From NCBI GenBank assembly GCA_951406725.2, contig OX597815.1:163494001-163558000 (forward strand): a DNA stretch of 64,000 nucleotides, written 5' to 3'. Source of the DNA: Octopus vulgaris. Its lineage: Eukaryota. Position 1 is the stretch's first letter. Each line of letters opens with the position of its first letter. The translations under genes and the position numbers were made by a program. The notes beneath the pieces were generated by a model. That model saw only the letters and a list, made by a program, of their open reading frames with translations. It searched no databases and was not told where the DNA came from. This document shows, piece after piece, positions 1 to 11,025 of the stretch.

Positions 1-123
1 CAATCCAACTAAGTCCATCTTGTCTTTTTATATAAGCATTGTACACACCGGATTATTTTCCCCCTAAGAATGTAGAGCGTAATTTTTTTTCTTCCTTTCT
101 TCGTACTATACGTACAAGGAATG

Positions 124-295
124 GGATTTGGGAGAAGAGACTAGTCGATCACATAGGTCTCAATGCTCAACTGATACTTATTTTATCGATTCCGAAAAGA
201 TGAAAAATAGGGACAACCTCGGCGGAATTTGAGCCCAAAATGTAAAGAACCGGAAGAAACGCTACTGAGCATTTTGACCGACATGCTAACGATTT
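124..295 (-). mobile_element. SINE family A, degenerate copy (tail type 2)
   Basis: Reverse complement matches the family A core (aattccgccgaggt..tttcatc..tcggaatcgataaaataagta) seen in about 10 copies in the window. Confidence 0.7.
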
Positions 296-299
296 TTAT

Positions 300-712
300 T
301 TTTATTTACTGCCCACAAGGGGCCACACAGAGGCAACAAACAAGGACAGAGAAATGGATTAAGTCGATTACATCGACCCCAGTGCGTAATTGGTACTTAT
401 TTAATCGACCCCGACAAGATGATAGGCAAAGTCGACCTCGGCTGAATTTGAACTCAGAACGTGGCAGCAGACGAAATACCTATTTCTTTATTACCCGCAA
501 GGGGCTAAACACAGAGGGAACAAACAAGGACAGACAAATGGATTAAGTCGATTACATCGACCCCAGTGCGTAATTGGTACTTATTTAATCGACCCCGAAA
601 GGATGATAGGCGAAGTCGACCTCGGCGGAATTCGAACTCAGAACGTGGCAGCAGACGAAATACCGCTAAGCATTTCGCCCGGCGTGCCAACGCTTCTGCC
701 AGCTCGCCGCCT
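300..712 (-). mobile_element. SINE family A (tRNA-like head, MetaSINE-like core), head plus two tandem 184-bp units
   Basis: Head ggcggcgagctggcagaagcgttggcacgccgggcgaaatgcttagc, B-box-like gagttcgaattcc, core gtcgacttcgcctatcatcctttcggggtcga; unit ends (gaaatacc) at 480 and 664. The MetaSINE label is from recalled similarity. Confidence 0.85.
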
Positions 713-799
713 TTCTATCCCATTATATTCTGATTGAAAATCTCACCGAGATCAGTATTGTCTTCCACCCATCTATAGCCAATGAAACAAGGACCAGTG

Positions 800-1040
800 A
801 TTTTCTAAGCGTTGTAGGCATTTTTTACTGACTAACCTGTTGCAGCACAACTGCAGATCATGGCCCAAATCTCTCCATCTCTTAGCAATTTGAATATAGT
901 GTGTAATCTGAACAGCGTTGATGGGCTGCATAAGCTGTGAGAGATATGTGTCTCGGAGAGAAACAGGATGTATGGGTTATGTGTTTGTAGGCAACGATAT
1001 GTAGGGCTTGATTAGATATTTGAAAAGAGGAAGAATAGTC
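800..1040 (-). pseudogene. Possible very decayed APE endonuclease start of a CR1/L2-like LINE
   Basis: The minus strand reads PYILFLSETHISHS, resembling the APE motif 'PDILxLSET'; flanks are interrupted. Confidence 0.3.
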
Positions 1041-1934
1041 CAGCGGTCTTAAGGTTATTTTGCAGCAAAGACATTTAGGAAAGTGTTGTGGGTATCGGTA
1101 TGACGTCAGTCCACGAAAACCTCCTGCCGTGAATTTAATCCGAATGTTTGAAACCGAAACAAATAAGATTCTCTAAAACGTACATAAACCAAGAAGTGGT
1201 ATCAGCAGACGGCATGATTAGTCTGTTCCGCATAACAAAAAGAATAAATAAATAAAATGTAGCTTTCATGATTAGTCTTTTAGAACTGAGGAAATCTGAA
1301 GGCTGTTGGACAGATTGGATGTGTAAACTATTTCTTGAGTCTTTTGAGACAGACATATTAACAAAAAGTTTTTAAAATTACTCAAGAAAAGCATCACATA
1401 CAATATTCGACCAAAAGATTTTGTTAACACCAAAATGCTTAGTTATTCTCTTTATATTAAATTAGCTGTGATACAATAATTTCATGAAAGCTATGGATTG
1501 CTATAGTATTGGTGAATATAATCTCCAGGGAAAACACAGGAAGATTGAATAGAAAATTAAAGATAAAAAAAGCATTTTTTCTTTGTGGAACTAGAGTTAT
1601 GAAAGCAATTTTTGGTGAAAGGTTTGAAGAAAAGCTGAACTTCACCAAAAGATAAGAAAGTGAGAAGCCTGTGTATAAATTGCTTCTCAGATGTGGAGAT
1701 TATATTATTTTAGCTCCAAACTTGCTCGAAACAGTCAAAGAATTATGCTGCAGAAGTTCATTAAAAATAAATTTTCTGCAATCATATCTATACTTTCCTC
1801 GAAATACGAGGCAAGTATTTAGATAGATTTCACTAAGATATTTATTTGAGGGAAATAAGATGATACAATCCATATGTGATGTAAGGTACACTAGCTCTCT
1901 AAAATTCAACTAAGAAAAACGAATCCTCAATAAA

Positions 1935-2356
<422 letters not shown>

Positions 2357-2769
2357 TTTTGTTTATAATTGTATGTTTTGTAGATGCTTTGTAAATACAA
2401 AAAAAATGTTCGGTTAAGTATGTGAAAATTAATTTTGATTATCGAACTAAAGTTAGTATTTTAAGAAAACAGTAAAGATTGATTACAATGCATTTTGAAA
2501 ATGCCTTAAAGTTCTGATGTGCTTAAAGATGACTAAACGTTAATTTGAACACAAAAATAATTCAAAGATATATTTACTTACATACGAGATATTATTGTTA
2601 TTGTTGTTATATTGCTATTGTTGTTGATAGCATGTACAGCTATGATCAAAAGTATCATAGTCGTTCTGGTTTTGTCGTTGTTTTCATGAGTGTAATATAT
2701 ATTGAAGTGCATTGTCTAATGTCCTTTTTTTATCTTATTGCCATGAGGGAAGACAGTACACATGACCCG

Positions 2770-3462
2770 CTATAGTGCCTCCGGTTCGACTAACGCTTTC
2801 TAGTGAATTTGACGGAAACTGAAAGTCCGTCGTATGTATGTACGTACGTATATATGTATGTATGTATGTATGTACGTACGTACGTACGTATGTATGTATG
2901 TATGTATGTATGTATGTATGTATGTATGTATGTATGTACGTACGTATGAACGTACGTACGTATGTATGTATGTATGTATGTATGTATGTATGTCTACGTG
3001 TATGTATGCATATACGCATATATGTATATATGTATGTATGCGTATATGTATGTATGTATGTATGCATGTATGTATGTATATCTACGTGTATGTATGTATG
3101 CATATACGCATATATGTATATATGTATGTATGCGTATATGTATGTATGTATGCATGTATGTATGTATGTCTACATGTATGTATGCATATACGTATGTATG
3201 TATATATGTATGTATGCGTATATGTATGTATGCGTATATGTGTGTGTGGCTTTGTGTTTTTGTGCGTCCTGCACCACCTTTTGACAACCGGTGTTCGTTT
3301 ATTTACGTCTCTGTAACCTAGCGGTTCTGTTTAATGACTGATAGAATAAATACCGGGCTTAAAATATAAGTACTGGGATCGATTCATTCGACAAAAAAAT
3401 CCTTCGCGGTAGTGCCCCAGCATGACCGCACTACAAATAAAATGTGAAAGATAAAAGATAAA
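2770..3462 (+). mobile_element. SINE family B with expanded (TATG)n interior
   Basis: gacggaaactgaaagtccgtcg, about 410 bp of TATG-derived repeat, then the family B 3' half. Confidence 0.75.
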
Positions 3463-3584
3463 ACGGGAACCCTAAAAATGTCTTACATGCGAAAGAAGAT
3501 CACACTTTACTATTCAGTCTTTCATTGCAGTTTTAGAATATGAAGTGGGAGATCTATATGAGATTAATTCTATATAGCCATTCC

Positions 3585-3714
3585 ATCGAGGTCGACTTTG
3601 CCTTTCATCCTTTCGGGGGTCGATAAATTAAGCACCAGTTGGGTACTGGGATCAATCTAATCGACTTCCTCTCCCCCAAAATTTCAGGCCTTGTGCCTAG
3701 AATAGAAAAGAATT
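3585..3714 (+). mobile_element. SINE family A, 5'-truncated (tail type 2)
   Basis: cgaggtcgactttgcctttcatcctttcgggggtcgataaattaag..cccaaaatttcaggccttgtgcctagaatagaaaagaat. Confidence 0.8.
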
Positions 3715-3814
3715 CTATTGGGTTGTCTGGAAAATTCGTGCTGATTTATAGCAGTTTATCTTTCGACTTATTTTAGAACAACCACGAAAAGATAGCTTAA
3801 ACTGTGCTCTGAGT

Positions 3815-4283
3815 CATATCTTCATTTATTAAAAACATTCCCTATGCCTTGCCAAGATGACGTACCATTAGCAATTCGAAGAGATATGTGATTTCAACAG
3901 GATGGAGCTCCGCCACATTATACGAAAGATGTGCACAGTTTTTTGGACAATATATTTCCAAGAAAATGAAATGGATGTCGAGGACCTGTTGAATGGCCAC
4001 CGAGATCTCCGGATTTGAGCCCTTTAGATTTTTTCTTTTGGGGATATCTTAAATCAGTGGTCTATGCTAACGGACCAAGAACATTACAAGCTCCAAAACA
4101 AAACGTCACACAAGAAATTGGAGCCATAAGAGGGAACAATTCAATACACAGAAATGTGAAAAGATCATGTGTCTCCCGATTAACAAAGTGTTTGGAGGGT
4201 GGAAATCAGTTCGAACACTTATTGTAAACTGTAAATTGTTATATAATAAATTGCGTATGGGTCCAAACTTTTGCTCCACCTTG
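3815..4283 (+). mobile_element. Tc1/mariner-superfamily DD41D (rosa/Visitor-type) transposase 3' remnant with right TIR
   Basis: Reads M*FQQDGAPPHYTKDVHSFLDNIFPRK*NGCRGPVEWPPRSPDLSPLDFFFWGYLKSVVY, with 41 residues between the last two catalytic Asp and two TGA stops at Trp positions; ends ..actttTGCTCCACCTTG|TA. Confidence 0.85.
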
Positions 4284-4297
4284 TATATATATATATA

Positions 4298-4485
4298 CTT
4301 CGCCATGATTGATCGCTAGCCACTACACATTCTTTATTTTGTCTCCTTGTTCCTTTCTGTGTCCCTTTCTGTGGAAGAGCGTAGGCTCGAAACGTTAAAG
4401 ACTTTTTCACTTCCCGAACGTTATACTAATACATCTGTTTGTTGTCTACACCACCTCTCTTCGTCTTTTTTTTTTTGTGAATTCT

Positions 4486-4489
<4 letters not shown>
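4298..4489 (+). mobile_element. Small repeat family E (PLE-terminus-like) with a minimal hammerhead-like motif at 4365-4400
   Basis: CTTT-CTGTGGA-A-GAGC-gtag-GCTC-GAAA-CG-TT-AAAG; flanked by (TA)n; further copies at 32002-32115 and 42108-42292. Confidence 0.7.
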
Positions 4490-4566
<77 letters not shown>

Positions 4567-4801
4567 GGGGTGGGTGGGTGTGTGTACACAGAGAGAGAGA
4601 GAGAGAGACAAACAGACAGACAGACAGAGGGAGAAAGAATAGTTGTATACTGTCAACTTAACGCGACAGTCCCATAAAGGGAATCACACTACTGCTATGT
4701 AGCCCTAGGAAGCATCAACGCTTCCTGTCGGCCTTGACACATTTCCTGAGTCCTTATGTTTACAAGGGGAGACAAGCACCTCCATCTAGCTAAGCCTGCA
4801 C

Positions 4802-4842
4802 CCAGAGACAAGTTTCTGAGTATTTGATCGTCATCAGTCTGG
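4802..4842 (-). ncRNA. Type I hammerhead ribozyme motif, intact core
   Basis: Minus strand: CCAGA-CUGAUGA-C-GAucaaauacUC-A-GAAA-CUUG-UC|UCUGG; perfect 5-bp stem I, GUC triplet, weak stem II. Confidence 0.7.
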
Positions 4843-4918
4843 AGTAGCATGGCCTGCTAGTTGGAGATGCCGGTCTAGCCCTTGTAAACATATAAGAATT
4901 CTCTCTCTATATATATAG

Positions 4919-4949
<31 letters not shown>

Positions 4950-5471
4950 TGTATGTATGTATGTATAGATAGATATGTTTGTATACATACATATGTGTGT
5001 GTGTCTGCATTTGTATGACTGTCTGTGTGTATGTATGTGTGTATGTGCGTATGTATGTATGTATTATGTGTGTATGCTTGTATGCAAGCATATACATACT
5101 AAATTATTTGTTTTGATGAAATGTAAAGGTCAATATAAATGTCCAATTTTTTTACTCTAATCTGATTGCATGTATGTTTTATGATTATATTTAACTGTTT
5201 TTTATTTTCGTTATACAGCATTGTAATTGTTATTCGTTTTATATTTTGTTTCCTTATTCGTTTATCCTTATATAATTTACTTTATTATGAAAAGAAATTT
5301 TCATAATATTTCTGTTCCTTATGGAGACGGACAGTACACTATAATTACCAAATTGTATTGTTATAGAAATAAGCGAAACAGCAAATAAAAAAATGAGGTA
5401 CTTTTTTTGAAAAGTCACCGGATCAGAGGCGTCTGCACCTACGATGCATGACAATGGTTTGTTTAGCATCT

Positions 5472-5515
5472 CACCTGTGAAGACCCGGTTTAGGATGGGT
5501 CGAAACGATCGTAGT
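5472..5515 (+). ncRNA. Degenerate hammerhead motif at the 3' end of a PLE-like remnant
   Basis: CUG(-)UGA-A-GACCC-loop-GGGUC-GAAA-CGAUCG-UA, followed by AATAAA and a (TACA)n tract; one core base is missing. Confidence 0.55.
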
Positions 5516-5674
5516 CGTTCTAAATAAAGAGTCTTGTGAATTTCATTTTCTTTCTCTCATATACATACATACATACATACATACATACATACATACATAC
5601 ATACATGCATGCATGCATACATACATATATGTATGTGTGTGTATGTATGTATGTATGTCTTTTATTTATCTTTT

Positions 5675-5852
5675 ATTTGCTACAGTCATTAGATTTCGGC
5701 CTTGCTGGAGTACCGTCTTCAATTTTTCAGTTTTTAGTCGAACAAACCGACCTCAATACTACTTTTTAAAGCTTGGTACTTATTCTGTCGATCTCTTTTG
5801 ACGATCCGCTAAATTACAGGGACGAAAACATGGCAATCCCAGTTGTCAAGCG
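5675..5852 (-). mobile_element. SINE family B, degenerate 3' half
   Basis: Similar to the reverse complement of the 2200-2350 segment. Confidence 0.6.
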
Positions 5853-5981
5853 TCCTACAATTAATCGATATTATTCACAGTCTCACAAAGATGGTTTCAC
5901 ACATATCTAGGTGTAGGATTTTCTCTCGCGTCTATTTCCGCAGCGACAGATCTTATCAAATCCGAATTCACTCGAACGTGT

Positions 5982-6190
5982 TACGAGGTGGAATTAAAAA
6001 GTTCCCGGACTAGTTTTACTGCGACGTTTTGAAGCATTTGAGGGAGAACATTCGGTGAAAGCGCTGACAATGTACCCTTTCACCAAACTTTGCTCACTTG
6101 TGAGTTTCTCACCAAAAACAACATAGTACCGCTTCTGCACCCGCCCTATCCGCCAGATTTAATATCAGCGGACTTCCATCTCTTTTCCAA
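5982..6190 (+). mobile_element. Internally deleted mariner (DD34D-type) remnant
   Basis: TA-CGAGG.. TIR start, then YCDVLKHLRENIR..DN..H..EFLTKNNIVPLLHPPYPPDLISADFHLF (mariner HPPYSPDLAPxDF motif). Confidence 0.75.
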
Positions 6191-6197
6191 TTCTATT

Positions 6198-6411
6198 TAC
6201 GAGGGGTGCTGAAAAGTTCCTGGCTTTAAGGGTATCATGAAGGCTTGGGCTGGAGACCCACTCTTCCGATTTCTTTTACTGTGCTCAGAAGAACTGAAGG
6301 ACTGCTGCAATAAGTGTGTGAATCTGAGAGGGAAATATGTTGAACAAAATCATAATTAACAGATTCTCCGGTATTTTCTGTTACCCAAAACTAGGAATTT
6401 TTCAGCACCCC

Positions 6412-6417
<6 letters not shown>
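6198..6417. mobile_element. Mariner-derived MITE (about 220 bp)
   Basis: TIRs cgaggggtgctgaaaagttcctggcttt / aaaactaggaatttttcagcaccccctct with TA flanks; the interior keeps the C-terminal CNKCVNLRGKYVE. Confidence 0.8.
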
Positions 6418-6449
<32 letters not shown>

Positions 6450-6452
<3 letters not shown>

Positions 6453-6566
6453 GAGGGGTGTATGAAAAGTGTTGCGCCTTTGAGCCTTGCGCCTTTGAAC
6501 CTTGAAGTCTTGTACCATATTTTATTATTTTTTTTGAGGTTCAAGACTTTTCATACACCCCTCGTA
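6450..6566. mobile_element. Mariner-type MITE (about 117 bp)
   Basis: TIRs gaggggtgtatgaaaagt / acttttcatacacccctc with TA flanks, inside (TA)n. Confidence 0.8.
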
Positions 6567-7584
6567 TATATATATATATATATATGCATGTGTGTGTGCA
6601 ATTGTGTGTGTTGCAGGGTGTACAAATATACACATGCATACACTCACATATACGCATATACATATATTCAAGAATAAAATTGTAAAGTAGCTAATATTAG
6701 TGAATTTCGATGCCTTGATGATATCGAAGTTAGCTGGGTATTTTCTTTTGTATCTCAGCGTTTTTGTCATCAGACTATTCTATACTTTTCTTACAGAAAG
6801 CATCTGTTATATTTCTATTCTGACAGAAAATTGTAGAACTGACAGAAAGAGTAGAGGACCATAGTAAATGTTACTTAGGTGTTTAGTTTCACCTTCTCTG
6901 GATCTAAGATTAAAACGTTTCCAGTGTCGACTAACGCTCAATCACGGAGGGACTGCACGACGAAACTTATTACGAACTGACACATTTTATGATACGTTGT
7001 ATAATATATACATATAGGTATACATTCATACCTACCTACATAAATACGTACATACATAAATACATACATGTATACATACATACATACATACATACATACA
7101 TACATACATACATACACACACTCACAGATATATATATTTAATCATGCATGTATACATACACGCGTATTTGCATAGATGGTTGTAAAGTTTGAAAGGAAAG
7201 TATGTATTTAACAATACTCAAATTGCACGAGGGAAAATGAGAAATATATAGAAATGAAATGTAAAATATTTAATGACAGCAGAAATTACAATTCAAATTA
7301 CAATTCAAAAATCAAAAAGAAAATGTTCCCTGTTTAGTCTATCTCTCAAAACATTCTTAAAATAAGGTAAACTATAAAAGGGAATAGGATTTAAAAGCAT
7401 ATTATTTTATATAAAAAAAAAAGAATTTATAAGAATATTTAAAAGTATATTGTTGTTAGTACCAGGTCTGGCCTGTCCGTGCAAATTTTGATGAAATTCT
7501 TTCTAACTGGTCCCATCCTATGTTTACAGAGTTACAGCGAATCTACATTTCCCAATGTACTCCGTTGTTATAAGAGACAGTAGC

Positions 7585-7802
7585 AAGACGGAAGGCTGGC
7601 AGAATCCCTTGCACGCTGGACGGAATGCTTAGCAGTATTTCGTCTGTCGTTACTCTCTGAGTTTAAATTCCGCCGCGGTCGACTTTGCCTTTTATCCTTT
7701 CGGAGTCGATAAATTAAATACCAGTGAAACGCTGGGATCGATTTAATCGACTAGTCCCCTCCTATCAAATTGCAGGCTTTGTACCTATAGTAGAAAGGAA
7801 TA
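7585..7802 (+). mobile_element. SINE family A (tail type 2)
   Basis: gctggcagaatc..aaattccgccgcggtcgactttgccttttatcctttcggagtcgataaatt..tacctatagtagaaaggaat. Confidence 0.75.
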
Positions 7803-8029
7803 TTAGAGACAATAGTGTAGGATTTCCAGAAAAGTGTTCGCTGCTGATTTTAGCAAGTCGAGTGACTACAGAATGGCTCATAAATTTAGCAACTGTCCAA
7901 CTTTACTGCCAGCAACCAAGACACAGAGACATATATATTCAAAAAGAATAGGATATGTTTATGACCGAAATAATTTGTATAATTCAAACCAAAATGAGCC
8001 AAATATAACGGAGTGGCCACTGGCCTACA

Positions 8030-8438
8030 ATATTCTTTTCTTCTCAAGGCACAAGGCCCGGAAATTATGAGGGAGGGGTGCTAGTCGATTAGATCGACCC
8101 CAATACGCAACTAGTACTTAATTTATTGACCCCAAAAGGATGAAAGGCAAAGTCGACCTCGGCGGAATTTGAACTCAAAACGTAGCCGCAGACGAAATAT
8201 CTATTTCTTTACTATCCACAAGGGGCTAAACACAGAGAAGAAAAACAAGGACAGACAAACGGATTAAGTCGATTATATCGACTCCAGTGCGTAACTGGTA
8301 CTTATTTAATCAACCACCCCGAAAGGATGAAAGGCAAAGTCAACCTCGGCGGAATTTGAACTCAGAACGTAGCGGCAGACGAAATACCGCTAAACATTTC
8401 GCCCGGCGGACTAACGTTTCTACCAGCTCGTCGCCTTA
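8030..8438 (-). mobile_element. SINE family A, chimeric dimer (tail-1 unit followed by tail-2 unit)
   Basis: Head at 8438-8390, first unit with the ttaatccgtttgtctgtcc tail, junction at about 8200, second unit with the ..gggccttgtgcc tail. Confidence 0.85.
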
Positions 8439-8497
8439 TCCCACCATATATTTTCCTGCAGAGGTCGGCTTGGTCTTATGGTATTTTTTCCAGTCTT

Positions 8498-8920
8498 AAG
8501 GCGGTGAGCTGGCAGAAACGTTAGCCGGATGAAATGAGTAGCCGTATTTCGTCTGCCGTTACGTTCTGAGTTCAAATTCCACCGAGGTCGACTTTGCCTT
8601 TCGTCCTTTCGGAGTCGATAAATTAAGTACCAGTTACGCACTGGGGTCGATGTAATCGACTTAATCCGTTTGTCTGTCCTTGTTTGTTCTCTCTCTGTTT
8701 AGCTCCTTGTGGGTAGTAAAGAAATAAGTATTTCGTCTTCCGTTACGTTCTGAGTTCAAATTCCGCCGAGATCGACTTTGCCTTCCGTCCTTTCGGGGTC
8801 GATAAATTAAGTACCAGTTAAGCACTGGGGTCTATATAATCGATTTAATCCGTTTTTTTGTTGTCCTTGTTTGTCCTCTCTGTGTTTAGCCCCTTGCGGG
8901 TAGTAAAGAAATAGGTATTT
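8498..8920 (+). mobile_element. SINE family A, head plus two units, with an 18-bp target-site duplication
   Basis: ggtattttttccagtctt at 8480-8497 and 8914-8931; unit period 184 bp. Confidence 0.9.
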
Positions 8921-9504
8921 TTTCCAGTCTTCTCTTTCCATGGACAGACATTTGTACAGAATTTTCTTTCTTCGGTTGCCTCTAGCAGGTTTTGAGGCAC
9001 ATTTAGTGTGGCCTTTCTTTCTTCCCGTCTTATAATCCTCTCAGCTTCCTTTAAATGTTCTTCTTTATTCTCTAACGACACAATTTCAAAAATTATTTGT
9101 AACTTTTACGAAAGAAACGTTATTTCTATTTGAACCTTGTTTTTCTTTGTTTGAAATTTTACTAATTTGTGTGGTGATGATGGTGATATTTTCCTTGCAC
9201 AATTGGCTGCTGCTAGCTATAATTCGCGCTTCCTTGATCGAATTCTTTTTACTCGTGACACTTCCACTCTGGTTGTTGCTGTCATTGTTGTTGCTACTCC
9301 TCCCGCTACTACGACTATCATTTGCATCTAAAGTGAGTAGGGGCGAGTGAAGACGAAAGTCAATTTCGCCTTGCATATCTCCTCCCACTTCCCTCTCTTG
9401 TTGATTTGCTGAAAAAGACGACGCCATATTAAATTTTGCAAATTTTGAAAGGAAAATTAATTTTCTTTCCGAGTGATTTTTGCCACGCAGGGCAAAAACC
9501 CCCC

Positions 9505-9969
9505 GGATCTTTTTGGTTTGAACGGCAGCTTTTTCTAGCGGTGTCATATGAAATTGTCACCCATAATTATGACCCTAGTATCGATCTATTGCATTTCAAT
9601 CTATTTTAAGTTTAGGGTTAGTTAGGGTTAGTTAGGGTTAAGGTTAGGGTTAGGGTTAGGGTTAGAGTTAGGGGTGGGGTAAAGGTATCTTTTTTTCTTC
9701 ACAAATGTAAATAAACCCAATCTGTTTCTTAATCGAGGGACATATTCATACGGCACAGAATGTTGTTTACCTCAATGGCCGTCAGTGATTGGTTGAAATT
9801 GCAGAAATTGAAGAAAAAACAACAAATATCTTACAAACTATAGAATTTTCTCAATAAAGCCAAGAGAAAAAGATGTTTTATAAACACATTCTACCAGTAT
9901 ACGAAGTTTAAATTTTTTTAGTTACCTAGAAATTATGTTAAAAAACTGCCGTTCAAACCGAAAAGATCC
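9505..9969. mobile_element. MITE-like element with about 30-bp TIRs and internal (TTAGGG)n
   Basis: ggatctttttggtttgaacggcagcttttt / aaaaaactgccgttcaaaccgaaaagatcc; telomeric-type repeats at about 9612-9672. Confidence 0.8.
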
Positions 9970-10263
9970 CAAACCCCAATTAATCAGACCGATATGGTCT
10001 AGATTAACTTCGTCACAAGTTATAACAATAAAATGTAACAATAACAATCTTTTTAAAGGTAAACAAGGCACACACAGAGCTCCGAAATATACGCCTAGCT
10101 CTGGCGGCGACGACGACGACGACGACAACAACAACAACAACAATGGAAGAAATAAATATTATTTTCTACAGTACCCAAAAATATAAAACATTTGAGGTAC
10201 AAAGAAAAAAAAACACGTCTAATGTTCACTTTGAGGCTTAAATGTGCTCCTAATGTGTGTATA

Positions 10264-10324
<61 letters not shown>

Positions 10325-10486
10325 GTGTGTGTGATTGTGTATAGAAGAATATATTAATAAAAAGAATTCCAACCTTGTCTGATTTTCACGTTTTATTTAC
10401 AATCTTATAATGATATATTATAAGATAATATATTATAATTGAATAAAATAAAATGAAATAGTAGAATGTTAAATATTCATTCTGAT

Positions 10487-10531
10487 TGAACTAGTACTTT
10501 CATGCATTGAATTCTGCAATCTTCGGGTTCA
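10487..10531 (-). ncRNA. Type I hammerhead motif of a PLE (U4C variant)
   Basis: UGAAC-CCGAAGA-U-UGCA-gaauucaa-UGCA-U-GAAA-GUAC-UA|GUUCA; 5-bp stem I, palindromic stem III. Confidence 0.7.
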
Positions 10532-11025
10532 TGTAGTAGTGTTGACAGTCATGCTTCACAATTTTTGACTGTAGCAAGATGAGTGATTCTGTGCTATAAA
10601 TACAGCTGGGTAGGCTCCAGAGTGCTAGGTTTTGCAAACTGTATTCTGACCAATCAGTGTGTAGTATCACTCAATTACTTAAGCTGATTGGTTGGTTGAG
10701 CTGATTGGTTTAGGCATCACGCTTTGTTGGACAGGTCAAGAGTCCTGTATCTTGACCCTGGCCGAAGCAGCAATTGTTGGGTTATTTTTAGAAATGTTGT
10801 AAATATCCTTTGTCAGAGATTTTTATATTTTTATATTTCAATTGTCATCATCATCATTGTCAGCACCTTAATTATTGTTGCTAGTGGTGATGGTGGTGGC
10901 AATAGAACTTTTAACCCTAAATAAGATAATTTTCCTGCTATCTTCGTCTTGATCACCTTTAGTATTGTTGTTGTTGTTAGTGGTCATGGTCGTAGCAGTG
11001 GAAGTAATACCTCTAAGTATTATTA

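Noticed and set aside
9612-9672. True telomere or chromosome fusion scar
   Set aside because: Short, single orientation and enclosed by TIRs of a mobile element.
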